Source: Nitrospirota bacterium
Lineage (GTDB): Bacteria; Nitrospirota; Thermodesulfovibrionia; Thermodesulfovibrionales; UBA9159
Assembly (NCBI GenBank): GCA_963699545.1
Contig: CAVOUE010000006.1
Coordinates: 224,001 to 288,000, forward strand
Direction: 5' to 3'
DNA length: 64,000 nucleotides
Part shown: positions 9,051 to 18,900 of the stretch, one piece after another
Position numbering within the stretch: the stretch's first letter is position 1
How the letters are laid out: every line of letters starts with the position of its first letter
Translations under genes and position numbers: made by a program
The notes under the pieces: model-generated
What the model was told of the DNA's origin: nothing
Database searches by the model: none
What the model saw: only the letters and a program-made list of their open reading frames with translations

Positions 9051-11855
9051 TTGACGATGATGCGGGACAAGGAACTGAGGGATGCTGCATCGTTCACTCC
9101 CGACCCGGAAAGAGCCTATAACAATCTCCGGTCCTTCCTCGATAGTAACCCCGAGCGCACGGAAGAGCTCGAAGCAAACATCAGGCCGGTCTCTCTCCTT
9201 TTCAGCACCAGCCAGTTTCTGTCGAACTTCGCCTCGTCCAATCCCGACGTTCTCTTTGAAAGCCTGAAGAGGCTCCATGACCCTGTCCTGAAAGAGGCGC
9301 TGGCGGCATCGCTGGATGAGATGATGCGCAGCGTGTCAAAGCCCCCGCCGGAAACTCTCCAGAGCATCGTGCGCACTTTCAAAAAGAGAGTCCTCCTCCT
9401 GATCACCCTGAGGGATATCCTCAATATCACGGACATTGCAGATGCCATGTCCGAGCTGAGCCTCCTGGCCGACGTCATTGTGGAAAAATCGGTACGTATC
9501 CTGGGGGGTCAGCTGCGAGAGACAAATGGTGAGCCGAAGGAAGATGCGTTCTCGGTGATATCAGTAGGCAAGCTCGGCGGGAACGAACTGAACTTCAGCT
9601 CCGATATAGACCTCCTCTACGTCTACGGAACAGAACAGGGCGAGACCGGCGGCATTCTTACCCCCGGCGGCATTCTCAAGAACAGGATCAGCAACCATGA
9701 ATACTACTGCAAGCTGGGAGAACAGCTGAGCAGATTCCTTTCGATGAGCACTGAAGACGGCTTTGCGTACAGGGTCGACCTGAGACTCAGGCCGGAAGGA
9801 CAGAGGGGAAGCCTCGCACAGTCCCTCTCCGCCTATGAAATATACTACGAATCATGGGGCATGGCCTGGGAACGGGCGGTACTCCTGAGGGCGAGGCCCA
9901 TTGCAGGGGACAGGGAACTGGGCAAGGCCTTCACCGGGATGATAAGGCCCTTCATCTACAGGAAATATCTCGATTTCAGCGCCATCGAGGAGATACGGCG
10001 AATGAAGACGAAGATCGATGCCGCTTTCAAGAAAGACGATATCAAGCGGGGCTATGGCGGCATCCGTGAAATAGAATTCTTTGTGCAGGCCCTTCAGCTC
10101 ATCTACGGTGGGAAAGAACCACTGCTCCGGGAAAGGGGAATCCTGATGGGTCTTCACCGGCTTCTCCAGAAAAACCTCATCGGACATGAAGACTATTCCC
10201 TCCTGAACGACAACTACCTGTTCCTGAGAAAGCTTGAGCACAGACTGCAGCAGCTGAACGACCTCCAGACCCACTCGATCCCTGTTGACAGGAACGAACT
10301 CACCGCCCTCGGCAGGAAAATGGGGCATCCCGACGCCACGTCGTTCCTCAAGGAACTTGAAGGCAGGAGAAAGACGGTAAGGAACATCTACGATTCCCTT
10401 TTCATGGGAGGGGAGAAGAAGACGCCCGTGGAGACCTCGCTCTTTCTCAGTGAGGACCTGTCTCCGAGTGAACTCAGGGAAGTCCTGGCAGCATATCCCC
10501 TCAGGGATCCGGAAAAAGCGGTGAGGAACATCATCCACATACGGGATGCGATCTTCGGGTTCCAGACCCTTCGCGGCAGAAGGCTCCTGAGCGAGATCCT
10601 CCCCGCCTTTCTCCATGAGGCCCTGAGAACGAAGAATCCCGATACCGCCGTTCATAACCTCCAGTCTTTCGCGGCCCTCCTTGCATCCGAGGAATCATAT
10701 CTCGAATTGTTCAGAAAGAATGAACGCCTGATCCCCATCCTCACGGGGATCCTGTCCCGGAGCGAATACCTGCTGAAGAATGTCATGAAGAGGCCGGAGT
10801 ACCTTGAACTCATCGGGCACGAACTGTTCTTCAAAAAAACCCTGGCATCCCTCAAACGGGAACTCAGGGAGAGCATTGCATCGGGAACGCAGCTTTCTGA
10901 CGCTATCAGGATGCTGCGCCAGTCAGAGGAGATACGACTCGGGACCCTGTTCCTGGAGAAGAAGATCGACGCCGTAGGGCTCGTGAAAGGCTTGAGCAAG
11001 GCTGCAGAGGCGGTGGTCTCGGTCTGCACTGATGAACTGGTAAAGGACGGGTTCGCTGCCATCGGTATGGGGAAAGCAGGAGGCAGGGAGATCACCTTTG
11101 ATTCAGACCTTGACCTGATCTTCGCGTGCAGCAGGGATATAACCGACACCCATGTGAAGGCGGCGCAGCGCCTTATCCGCCTGCTGACATCATATACAAA
11201 GGACGGCATCGCGTACAGGGTGGATGTGAGGCTGCGTCCTGAGGGCACAAAGGGACCTCTCGTCACGACCCTGGATGCGCTGGCCGGCTATTATGCCGGA
11301 GGCGCCCGCTTCTGGGAGTTTCAGGCCCTCCTGAAGGCACGGCCTTTAGGAGGCGACACGCTGACGGGCTGCTGCTTCATGGAGATGAGAGAAAAGACCC
11401 TCACAGAAAAAGGGAAGGAAGTATCTGCAGCTGACATCAGGGCGATGAGGGAAAGGATCCTGAGGGAGCTCTCGAAGGAACGGGAGGGGTATGACATAAA
11501 ACTCGGTCCCGGAGGGATAGAAGAACTGGAATTCACGGTCCAATTCCTCCAGCTGATACATTGCGACCGGCGCAGGAAGCTTACGGTCCAGGGAACCCTT
11601 GATGCCGTGGAACGCCTACGTGCAGCGGACGTGATAGCGGAGGGAGAAGCGGACCTCCTGCGTGATGCGTATCTTTTTTACAGAACCCTGGAGAGCTTCC
11701 TGAGATTGCAGGGAGAACCGGTTCTCAGGAAGACGGGGGTGACCGCGGCCGACCCGGCAGAGTTCATGGGCTTCAGCAGCGTCGGTGAACTTTCGGAACA
11801 GATAGAGCAGAGACGAAGATCGGTGAGCGAGCTCTTCGGGAAATATCTGCACTGA
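9051..11855 (+). CDS. glnE: Bifunctional glutamine synthetase adenylyltransferase/adenylyl-removing enzyme
   Basis: Two NT domains: GKLGGNELNFSSDIDL...YRVDLRLRPEG and GKAGGREITFDSDLDL...YRVDVRLRPEG; DIKRGYGGIREIEF. Confidence 0.92.
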   Translation: MTMMRDKELRDAASFTPDPERAYNNLRSFLDSNPERTEELEANIRPVSLLFSTSQFLSNFASSNPDVLFESLKRLHDPVLKEALAASLDEMMRSVSKPPPETLQSIVRTFKKRVLLLITLRDILNITDIADAMSELSLLADVIVEKSVRILGGQLRETNGEPKEDAFSVISVGKLGGNELNFSSDIDLLYVYGTEQGETGGILTPGGILKNRISNHEYYCKLGEQLSRFLSMSTEDGFAYRVDLRLRPEGQRGSLAQSLSAYEIYYESWGMAWERAVLLRARPIAGDRELGKAFTGMIRPFIYRKYLDFSAIEEIRRMKTKIDAAFKKDDIKRGYGGIREIEFFVQALQLIYGGKEPLLRERGILMGLHRLLQKNLIGHEDYSLLNDNYLFLRKLEHRLQQLNDLQTHSIPVDRNELTALGRKMGHPDATSFLKELEGRRKTVRNIYDSLFMGGEKKTPVETSLFLSEDLSPSELREVLAAYPLRDPEKAVRNIIHIRDAIFGFQTLRGRRLLSEILPAFLHEALRTKNPDTAVHNLQSFAALLASEESYLELFRKNERLIPILTGILSRSEYLLKNVMKRPEYLELIGHELFFKKTLASLKRELRESIASGTQLSDAIRMLRQSEEIRLGTLFLEKKIDAVGLVKGLSKAAEAVVSVCTDELVKDGFAAIGMGKAGGREITFDSDLDLIFACSRDITDTHVKAAQRLIRLLTSYTKDGIAYRVDVRLRPEGTKGPLVTTLDALAGYYAGGARFWEFQALLKARPLGGDTLTGCCFMEMREKTLTEKGKEVSAADIRAMRERILRELSKEREGYDIKLGPGGIEELEFTVQFLQLIHCDRRRKLTVQGTLDAVERLRAADVIAEGEADLLRDAYLFYRTLESFLRLQGEPVLRKTGVTAADPAEFMGFSSVGELSEQIEQRRRSVSELFGKYLH

Positions 11856-11919
11856 GGTCGTTATCGGTGAAGATATGATATAATTGAGAAAACTTCGATG
11901 TGCACGATAAGGATAAAAC

Positions 11920-12762
11920 ATGCTGAAACTCCGTGATGGAATTGTAGAGTTGTACAAGAAAGTTGCCACATCCATCCCTCCTGATGTGGAAGAAGCCATA
12001 AAAAAGGCTCTTCCCTCTGAAAGAAAACCCGGGGCGAAGGAGTCCCTGTCAAAGATCGCGCTCACCATTCAGAAATCAAGACAGACCCCGAGGCCTGCGT
12101 GCATCGACACCGGTATCCCCATCTTCAGAGTAAAGGTTCCACGGGGCTTAAGCCACACCGAGCTGACAAACACCATAAGGGAGGCCACTGCCGTCGCAAC
12201 ACGGAAGATACCCCTCGCCCTCAGCGCCGTGGACATACTCACCGGCGAGAATTCCGGCGACAACACCGGTTTCGGCTTCCCCGTCATCTATTTTTCGGAG
12301 GCGCCCGATGATACCCTCACTGTGGACCTCATGCTCAGGGCCGGTGAATGTGAGAACTATGGCCGGACCTACAGCCTGCCTGCGGAGGGACTCAGTGCCG
12401 GGCGGGACCTCGACGGGGTGAGGAAATGCGTGCTTAACTGCGTGAAGGAGGCAGGGGGGAAAGGGTGCCCGCCTTATACCGTAGGGGTAGGGATCGGTGG
12501 AACCCGGGACCAGGTCGCTGTCCTTGCGGCCCACCAGCTGTTCAGAAAGCTCTCGGATGAGAGCGAATTTCCTCTGATCAAAGAGCTCGAGCAGAGACTC
12601 CTCAGGGAGCTCAATGAACTGGGTATAGGTCCCATGGGAAACGGCGGGAACACCACGGCCATAGGAGTGAAGATAGGCTTCAACCACAGGCATCCCGAAG
12701 CGTACCTCGCGGAGGTGGTCCTGTCCTGCTGGGCAAACAGAAGGGGCCGCCTCATCTGGTGA
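11920..12762 (+). CDS. Fumarate hydratase/tartrate dehydratase class I alpha-subunit homolog (divergent)
   Basis: ACIDTGIP, GKGCPPYTVGVGIGG, NELGIGPMGNGGNTT, SCWANRR. Confidence 0.8.
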   Translation: MLKLRDGIVELYKKVATSIPPDVEEAIKKALPSERKPGAKESLSKIALTIQKSRQTPRPACIDTGIPIFRVKVPRGLSHTELTNTIREATAVATRKIPLALSAVDILTGENSGDNTGFGFPVIYFSEAPDDTLTVDLMLRAGECENYGRTYSLPAEGLSAGRDLDGVRKCVLNCVKEAGGKGCPPYTVGVGIGGTRDQVAVLAAHQLFRKLSDESEFPLIKELEQRLLRELNELGIGPMGNGGNTTAIGVKIGFNHRHPEAYLAEVVLSCWANRRGRLIW

Positions 12763-12779
12763 GTTGAAGGGTCGTTTGT

Positions 12780-12900
12780 CCTCCTCTTAAATGAAGAGGA
12801 GGTGCAGGAGGGGCTAACTTTTCGCTGGAATTCCATAACTCCCCCTTACCCCCTCTTAGCTTAAGAGGGGGTGCCCCAAATAGTCGGGGCGGGGGCGTTA
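12780..12900. repeat. Pair of REP-like palindromes (CCyCTCTT-N5-AAGAGGrGG type)
   Basis: CCTCCTCTT-aaatg-AAGAGGAGG (12780-12802) and CCCCCTCTT-agctt-AAGAGGGGG (12849-12871), the latter inside TAACTCCCCC...GGGGGCGTTA. Confidence 0.6.
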
Positions 12901-12950
12901 CTCCTTCCCGGCTGTTTGACTCGTCCCCTGTCAAGTGATACCCTTTAACT

Positions 12951-13367
12951 GTGAAGACCTTCGAGGTGATCGACATCTCAGGAGACGCCGGCATAAGGGC
13001 ATATGGAGGGACACTCCAGGACCTCTTCGTCAATGCCGCCATGGGGATGTACAGCCTCATCACCGACCCTTCAGCCATCAGGGAAGAAAGGCATATGGCG
13101 CTGGATATCGAGAGCCACTCCCTTGAGGGACTCCTCGTGTCGTGGCTCAACGAGCTGATATTCCATTTCGATACCTATGGATTTTTAGGGAAGACCATAC
13201 GCATAGCAACCCTCCGTAACAATACGATCTCTGCCCGCGTGTCGGGAGAAGAGTTCGACCCGGGAAGGCACGAGAGAAGGTTGCTCGTCAAGGCGGCGAC
13301 CTATCATCAGCTCAGCATAGAGAAAAAAGAAGGACAATGGGTGGCGGATATTATCTTCGATATTTAA
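12951..13367 (+). CDS. Archease
   Basis: D(I)SGDAGIRAYG, LLVSWLNELIF, VKAATYHQL, C-terminal IIFDI; immediately upstream of rtcB. Confidence 0.9.
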   Translation: MKTFEVIDISGDAGIRAYGGTLQDLFVNAAMGMYSLITDPSAIREERHMALDIESHSLEGLLVSWLNELIFHFDTYGFLGKTIRIATLRNNTISARVSGEEFDPGRHERRLLVKAATYHQLSIEKKEGQWVADIIFDI

Positions 13368-13409
13368 GTTGACACTCTTTGTGGCCTTGCCGCAGGGTTA
13401 CCCTATTGG

Positions 13410-13473
13410 GTCATTCCCGCAAAAGCGGGAATCCAGAAAAAGGCACTGGATTCCGGGTCAAGCCCGGAATGAC
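13410..13473. repeat. REP-like palindromic doublet (GTCATTCC family), copy A
   Basis: GTCATTCCCGCAAAAGCGGGAATCCAG-aaaaaggca-CTGGATTCCGGGTCAAGCCCGGAATGAC; near-identical copy at 29372-29433. Confidence 0.9.
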
Positions 13474-13537
13474 AAATAATAGATTTGGATACGCTGCGGT
13501 CTTGCCGCAGGGTATTTCATAGGAAGGAGGTGGTCTG

Positions 13538-14982
13538 ATGGGCACTGAGAAGCTCAGGAGAATCGACAGCACAAAGATAGAGATCCCCGCTGATTACAAG
13601 CCCGGCATGCGGGTGAAAGGAGTCATCTACGTCGATGATGTCCTCGAAAAAAAACTTGAGAGCTCGTGCATCGAGCAGGTAGCGAATGTCGCGACACTTC
13701 CCGGCATTGTGAAGGCATCCATGGCAATGCCCGACATCCACACCGGATACGGTTTCTCCATTGGGGGCGTTGCTGCCTTTGACCTGGAGGAGGGGATAAT
13801 CTCCCCCGGAGGTGTGGGTTACGACATAAACTGAGGGGTCCGCCTCCTCAGGAGCAACCTCAAAAGAGAAGAGGTGGCTCCGGGGATGAAGGGCCTCGTG
13901 GGGGTCCTGTACAATGAAATACCCTCCGGTGTGGGGTCAAAGGGGAATATCCGCCTCAGCGCGGAGGAAGAAAGGAGGCTCCTTCTTAAAGGCGCACGGT
14001 GGGCCGTGGAGAACGGCTACGGAGACGCCCTGGACCTCCAGAATACGGAGTCAGGCGGCTGCATAGAGGGCGCCGACCCTGACCTCATAAGCCGGAAGGC
14101 TTACGAAAGAGGACGGGCGCAGCAGGGGACCCTCGGATCAGGCAACCATTTCCTCGAAGTCCAGTATGTGGATGAGATCTACGACGGGAAGGCTGCCGAT
14201 GCCCTGGGCATCTTCATGGATCAGGTGACGGTCATGATACATACGGGGTCCCGTGGGTTCGGACATCAGGTCTGCACGGATTTTATCGAGGTGATGGAAA
14301 GGGCAGCGGCCAAATACCGCATCGAACTGCCTGATAAGGAACTTGCGTGTGCACCCTTCGAAAGTCCGGAGGCAAAGGACTACCTTGCGGCAATGAGGGC
14401 GGCAGCCAATTACGCATGGGCTAACAGGCAGTGCATCACGCACTGGGCCCGGGAAACATTCCTTAAGTTCTTATCCACGACACCCCGGGAGCTTGGGATG
14501 AGCCTCATTTACGATGTGGCGCACAACATCGCTAAGGTCGAAGAACACGTGATGAACGGAAGAACGAGAAAACTGATCGTGCACAGGAAGGGCGCCACAC
14601 GGGCCTTTCCCCCGGGCATCCCGAACTGCCGGAAGCCTACAGGAACACAGGACAGCCAGTGCTGATACCGGGAGATATGGGCAGGGCATCCTTTGTCCTC
14701 GTCGGGACGGAAAAGGCTATGCAGGAGACCTTCGGCTCAACATGCCACGGCGCCGGTAGGGTGATGTCCAGGCACCAGGCCATACGCCAGGCAAAAGGCA
14801 GGGCCATATGGCGTGAGCTCGAGGACAGGGGCATATTCGTTCAATCAGCGGGCAGGGAGACCCTGGCGGAGGAGATGTCCGAGGCATATAAGGACATATC
14901 CAATGTGGTGGACGTTGTTCACAATGCAGGGATATCGAAAAAAGTGGCGCGGCTGAGACCGATGGGGGTCATAAAAGGATAG
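13538..14982 (+). CDS. rtcB: RtcB RNA ligase with in-frame TGA (13832-13834) at the catalytic Cys position (candidate selenoprotein); one indel near 14615
   Basis: [77 protein letters not shown]. Confidence 0.93.
13851..13881 (+). promoter_or_regulatory. Candidate bacterial SECIS-like hairpin downstream of the rtcB UGA
   Basis: GGAGC-A-ACCTC [AAAAGAGAA] GAGGT-G-GCTCC, starting 16 nt after the TGA. Confidence 0.45.
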
Positions 14983-15013
14983 CGGACGACAGGGTGCGAA
15001 AAAGATCTGGCAG

Positions 15014-15914
15014 CTACTGCTGGAAGCCGATGGTCACTTCGTAACTATAAAGAACCTCTCCGCCCTGGCCGTCACTGAGCTGGACGCTGACAGGATGCCT
15101 GCCCGCATCCTTCTCCGCGACACGCCACGTTATCAAGCCGGTGGATTCTTCTATTGTCAGCCCGGCAGGGGCTTTCCTGAGCTTGAAGGTGACGGGGTCG
15201 CCGTCAGGGTCAGAGGCCTTGACCCTGAAAGAATACACGTTATTCTCAAACCTCTCATCGCCTCCCAGAGGCTTTGGCGCAGCGTTATAGATCTGAGTGT
15301 TTATCGTGATGGCCTGGCCGTCCGCTTCCCCGTCAAAAGGAGTGATCCTGACGGCTATCCTGTCACCCCGTTTAAAGGGTCCCTCAAGGCTGTTGTCTGT
15401 CCCTGAAGCATCTCCGTTCCTGAACCACTCATACTTGAAGGTCACCGTGTCCCCGTCCCTGTCGTCCCCTGCAAGATCCACGCGGAGATTATCAATTGCC
15501 CTGGGGAACCTCGGGATGATTTCGGCCCTTGCAACGGTGGGAAGAGCGTTCTTAACGACAACCTTGCCGGATTCGACCGCTTTTCCGTTCAGCGTTGCCT
15601 TCGCCTGGACAACATCCCCTTTCCTGAGCTCCTGCGAACTGAACTGGCTGCCCACCGCGCTGACAACGGGCCTGCCGTTCACAAACCACTGGATGCCGGA
15701 AACCTTGCCTGCGGGCGGTATTGAAAATATGCTCTCCCTTGTGGCATCGGCCGGAACGATCTGCAATGGCTGAAGCTGAGAAGCCACAGGAAGCGCAGAT
15801 CCCGTCCCCTGCGGCTTCTCGGATGAACACCCTCCGGACACGATGAACAGGCACGACAGAACGAGAACTGAACAAGCAGCACGTTCTTCCCGCCCTGTCT
15901 GCCAAGGCCGTCAT
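15014..15914 (-). CDS. Putative Ig/cadherin-like domain lipoprotein at the end of pilus cassette 1 (probable indel in the signal peptide)
   Basis: SGGC lipobox-like; DDRDGDTVTFKYEW, ASDPDGDPVTFKL...PAGLTIEESTGLITW; ATG 15914 follows the pilY1 stop. Confidence 0.7.
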
Positions 15915-15915
15915 C

Positions 15916-18900
15916 TTATGGCTGATCGCCGCCAAGCCCTTTTGTCTTCCAGCCCGTATACCCGGACCTCGGGGCTTTGGCGGACATCTCCTGGATCGGC
16001 TGGATGTTCCCCGTGGAGCTCTGCACAAACCCCTTCAGTTTTCCTTCCTTTGTGACCGCAAGACCGATAGACGCGGGCAAGCCCTTTCCGAGCATCGCGG
16101 TACGTGATACCGAATGGGTCGCCTTCTGCGCCTGGGTCTGCCCCGCATAAATATCCCCCTCCTTCTTGAAGATAAACTGGGAAGATGGGGTCGAGACAGC
16201 GCTGCCGGTGGTATACCAGAGGGCATACAGGTTGCTTGATCCCTCCATGGTACAGATATCCGTCCCCGGAATGTACGAAACGAACATCACAAGTCCGCCG
16301 AGGATGGACGGTTTTGTTGTGATCCTTTCCCCCGCATGAACGAGGGTGTTACCCAGAAAGTCAACAAGTTCCAATCCCATGGTACCAAAATATATGGCCC
16401 ACCCGTCGGCAGCTCCCACAGCGGCTCTGAGCGTATCGAAACCCACCCCGCCGGGACACGTGGCGCCGCCGCCGACGCATATCCTCATGTTGGACACACT
16501 CAAAAGATTGCTATACGTTTTAGGGCACCCCGCTGCAAGTCCATTCCAGCAACCGTCTGTTCTCCCGAACGCCATAGAAAGCCCCTGTATCAGTAGTGTT
16601 CCTGTCGTTCACCCCGATATACTGGCCTGTTCCGAAGAACAACCAGAGTTTACCATCGCTATCCATGGAAGCAGAGGGAGCAGCAGTGAACTTTCTGCTC
16701 AGGTCATTGGCATTGGTCACGTTGTAGAGCGCAGAGAGGGTCCATGTACCCGGTCCGGGAAAATACCGCCCGTTACGTTCGCCATAGTGTTCAATCTCCA
16801 CATCGCGGCATTCTTGGTGCTTCCCTGTGTCCAGCTTTCCCCGATATATGCCACATCAACGGTGAAATCCGTGTTCACGTCCACCGTTATGGGGTTCGCC
16901 ATAAAAGAGCTGCCGTTACCAGTCGGTTTCTTCCAGTAGTTGTTGTCCACCAGCCATGTACTTATCACGCCGTTGTCAGCAGCGGGGGTGGAGAGCTTTG
17001 TAACAAACACGTTTGCGTCCTGGAAGCCTGTCAAATTGGAGAGTCTGTCAAAATCCGTTGGTCCGGAGCCGAATATCGCATACCAGTCATTCCCCACCCT
17101 GCCCACAGCAGGATATGACATGGTCGAGCCCGAGATTAAGGACGCCCGTGTCCGTGGTGTCGAAGGTCCAGAGAAGTCTCGGCGGTTGCTCCGGGTCGGT
17201 GATGTCCAGGGCAAAGTAGGTCGAGCGCAGATGCTCTGTGCCGCCGCTGGCGGACTCAATGGGTATGGCCTTTGCTCCCGGCCTCCCTCCGTAACGCATC
17301 CCGCCGATGAGGATGGTCCCCCAGCAGACGGTGTCACCCGCCTTTCCCACATGCGTTGCGTCGCACGTGAAGATCTTGACGTCAGTGACCTTCGGCTTCA
17401 GATCGACATAGTAGACGTGGGTATAGTTCGGGTCGGTAAGCCACTTGAGATGCGGCAACGCCTCCCTCGGAATAAAGCTCCAGAGCTCATCACCCAGCTG
17501 CGGGCCTGAATCCGCATATGCCCCGCCCGAGAACGCGCGCCAGAACTTGTGGTCATTGATGCTGAAAAAGCCGCCATTGAAGGCATGGAGCATCCCGTCA
17601 TTGGCGCCGACATATACCACATGCCTCCTGTTGGTATACGTATGGAGGAAATTGAAATACGATGGGTCGCGATACAGCACGTCATAGTTTTCCGAGGGCC
17701 TCGTCACTGCCGTTGGCGTTGAGTAGACGATATCGCCCAGTTTCCAGGTAGAGCCGTCGATCTCCCTTGTCCTGTAGCCCGCAATAATCTGTCCCCTCGT
17801 GAAATTGATGATGTTCGCAGCCTGCGTATCGTCGGTCGCCCTCAGAAACCGTCTCAATGCGGTCTTGCTCGTGTCGGTAAAGTTCAGCAGGGTCTTGCCG
17901 TCTGTGGTCGTATAGATCTTCCGTCCGCTGCTGCTGTTGCCCGGATAGGCAGCATCAGCAAAAGGAGTGATCCGCAGCTGACTCCCCCCGTTCCAGATAG
18001 AATGGACCGACTCTATCGGAAGAGTGTCAATATAGACAAAATCAGTCCTAATCCCCTTGCACTGGGTGTCATCGAACCGGTCCACCTTCGTGCCGTCGGC
18101 AGTGGTGTATTTGGTCTGAACAACATAATCATGAGGGTCACTGCCGCATGTGGCGGGGTCGGTCCCGGTCAATGTCTTGTCCCCGTTGGTATCCTCACGG
18201 AGATTCCCATAGGGGTCGAGGAAGAGGGAATGGATGTAGCCGAGCCAGAAACGGTCAATACCCGCGGTATTGTCCCTCTGCTTGGGATAGAAATATGCCT
18301 GATAGAGGGCTCCCTCGCCCTCGCCCGTGGTGGCAAGAACCGATGCCGATGTTCCTGAGGACGCCCTTTCGAGGATGTCGGCAAAGGCCCGTTCGAGCTG
18401 GCTTTCGACCTCGTTCGGGTTTGAGGCATAGAAGTAGGTGTTCGGCAGGCCCCGTATGGGGTCCTTCCATTCATCATCGAGGTCCGGGACAGGGGGGACG
18501 CCGCCGGTCTTGTCCGTGAAACCTCCGTACTTGGCGGCGTAATAAAGCGGGTTCTGGAGGAAGCCGGCATTGGAGCCTGTTGCCGTAAAGCTCCTTACGA
18601 TCGCGGAGTCCGACATCACCTGAGCTGAAGCAGCGGGACAGGTGTCACCCGGAATGACCGCACTACAAATGGCATTGGCCGCTGCGGCTGTTACGCCTGC
18701 GCAGTTAACCCAGGTAGCAGCGTTACAGACCCTCACATTGGCATCTGCAACATTGTATCTGTACCTCTGGGTCGTATCGGTCCCCGTGCAGTTATTTGAG
18801 GCATCAAAAGAAGCATTGCAGTACCTGTCGCAGTCGGTCTGGCCTGCATTGCCTCCGCATCCCAGCTCGAGGTATTCTCCCGGATGATCCACTCCGTTGA

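Noticed and set aside
14601-14620. Programmed frameshift in rtcB
   Set aside because: TTTCCCCCGGGCAT needs only one extra base in a homopolymer to give the expected FPPGHPELP; typical long-read deletion.
15916-17352. Phase variation of pilY1 by frameshifts
   Set aside because: No long simple-sequence tracts at the breakpoints; indistinguishable from the window-wide error pattern.
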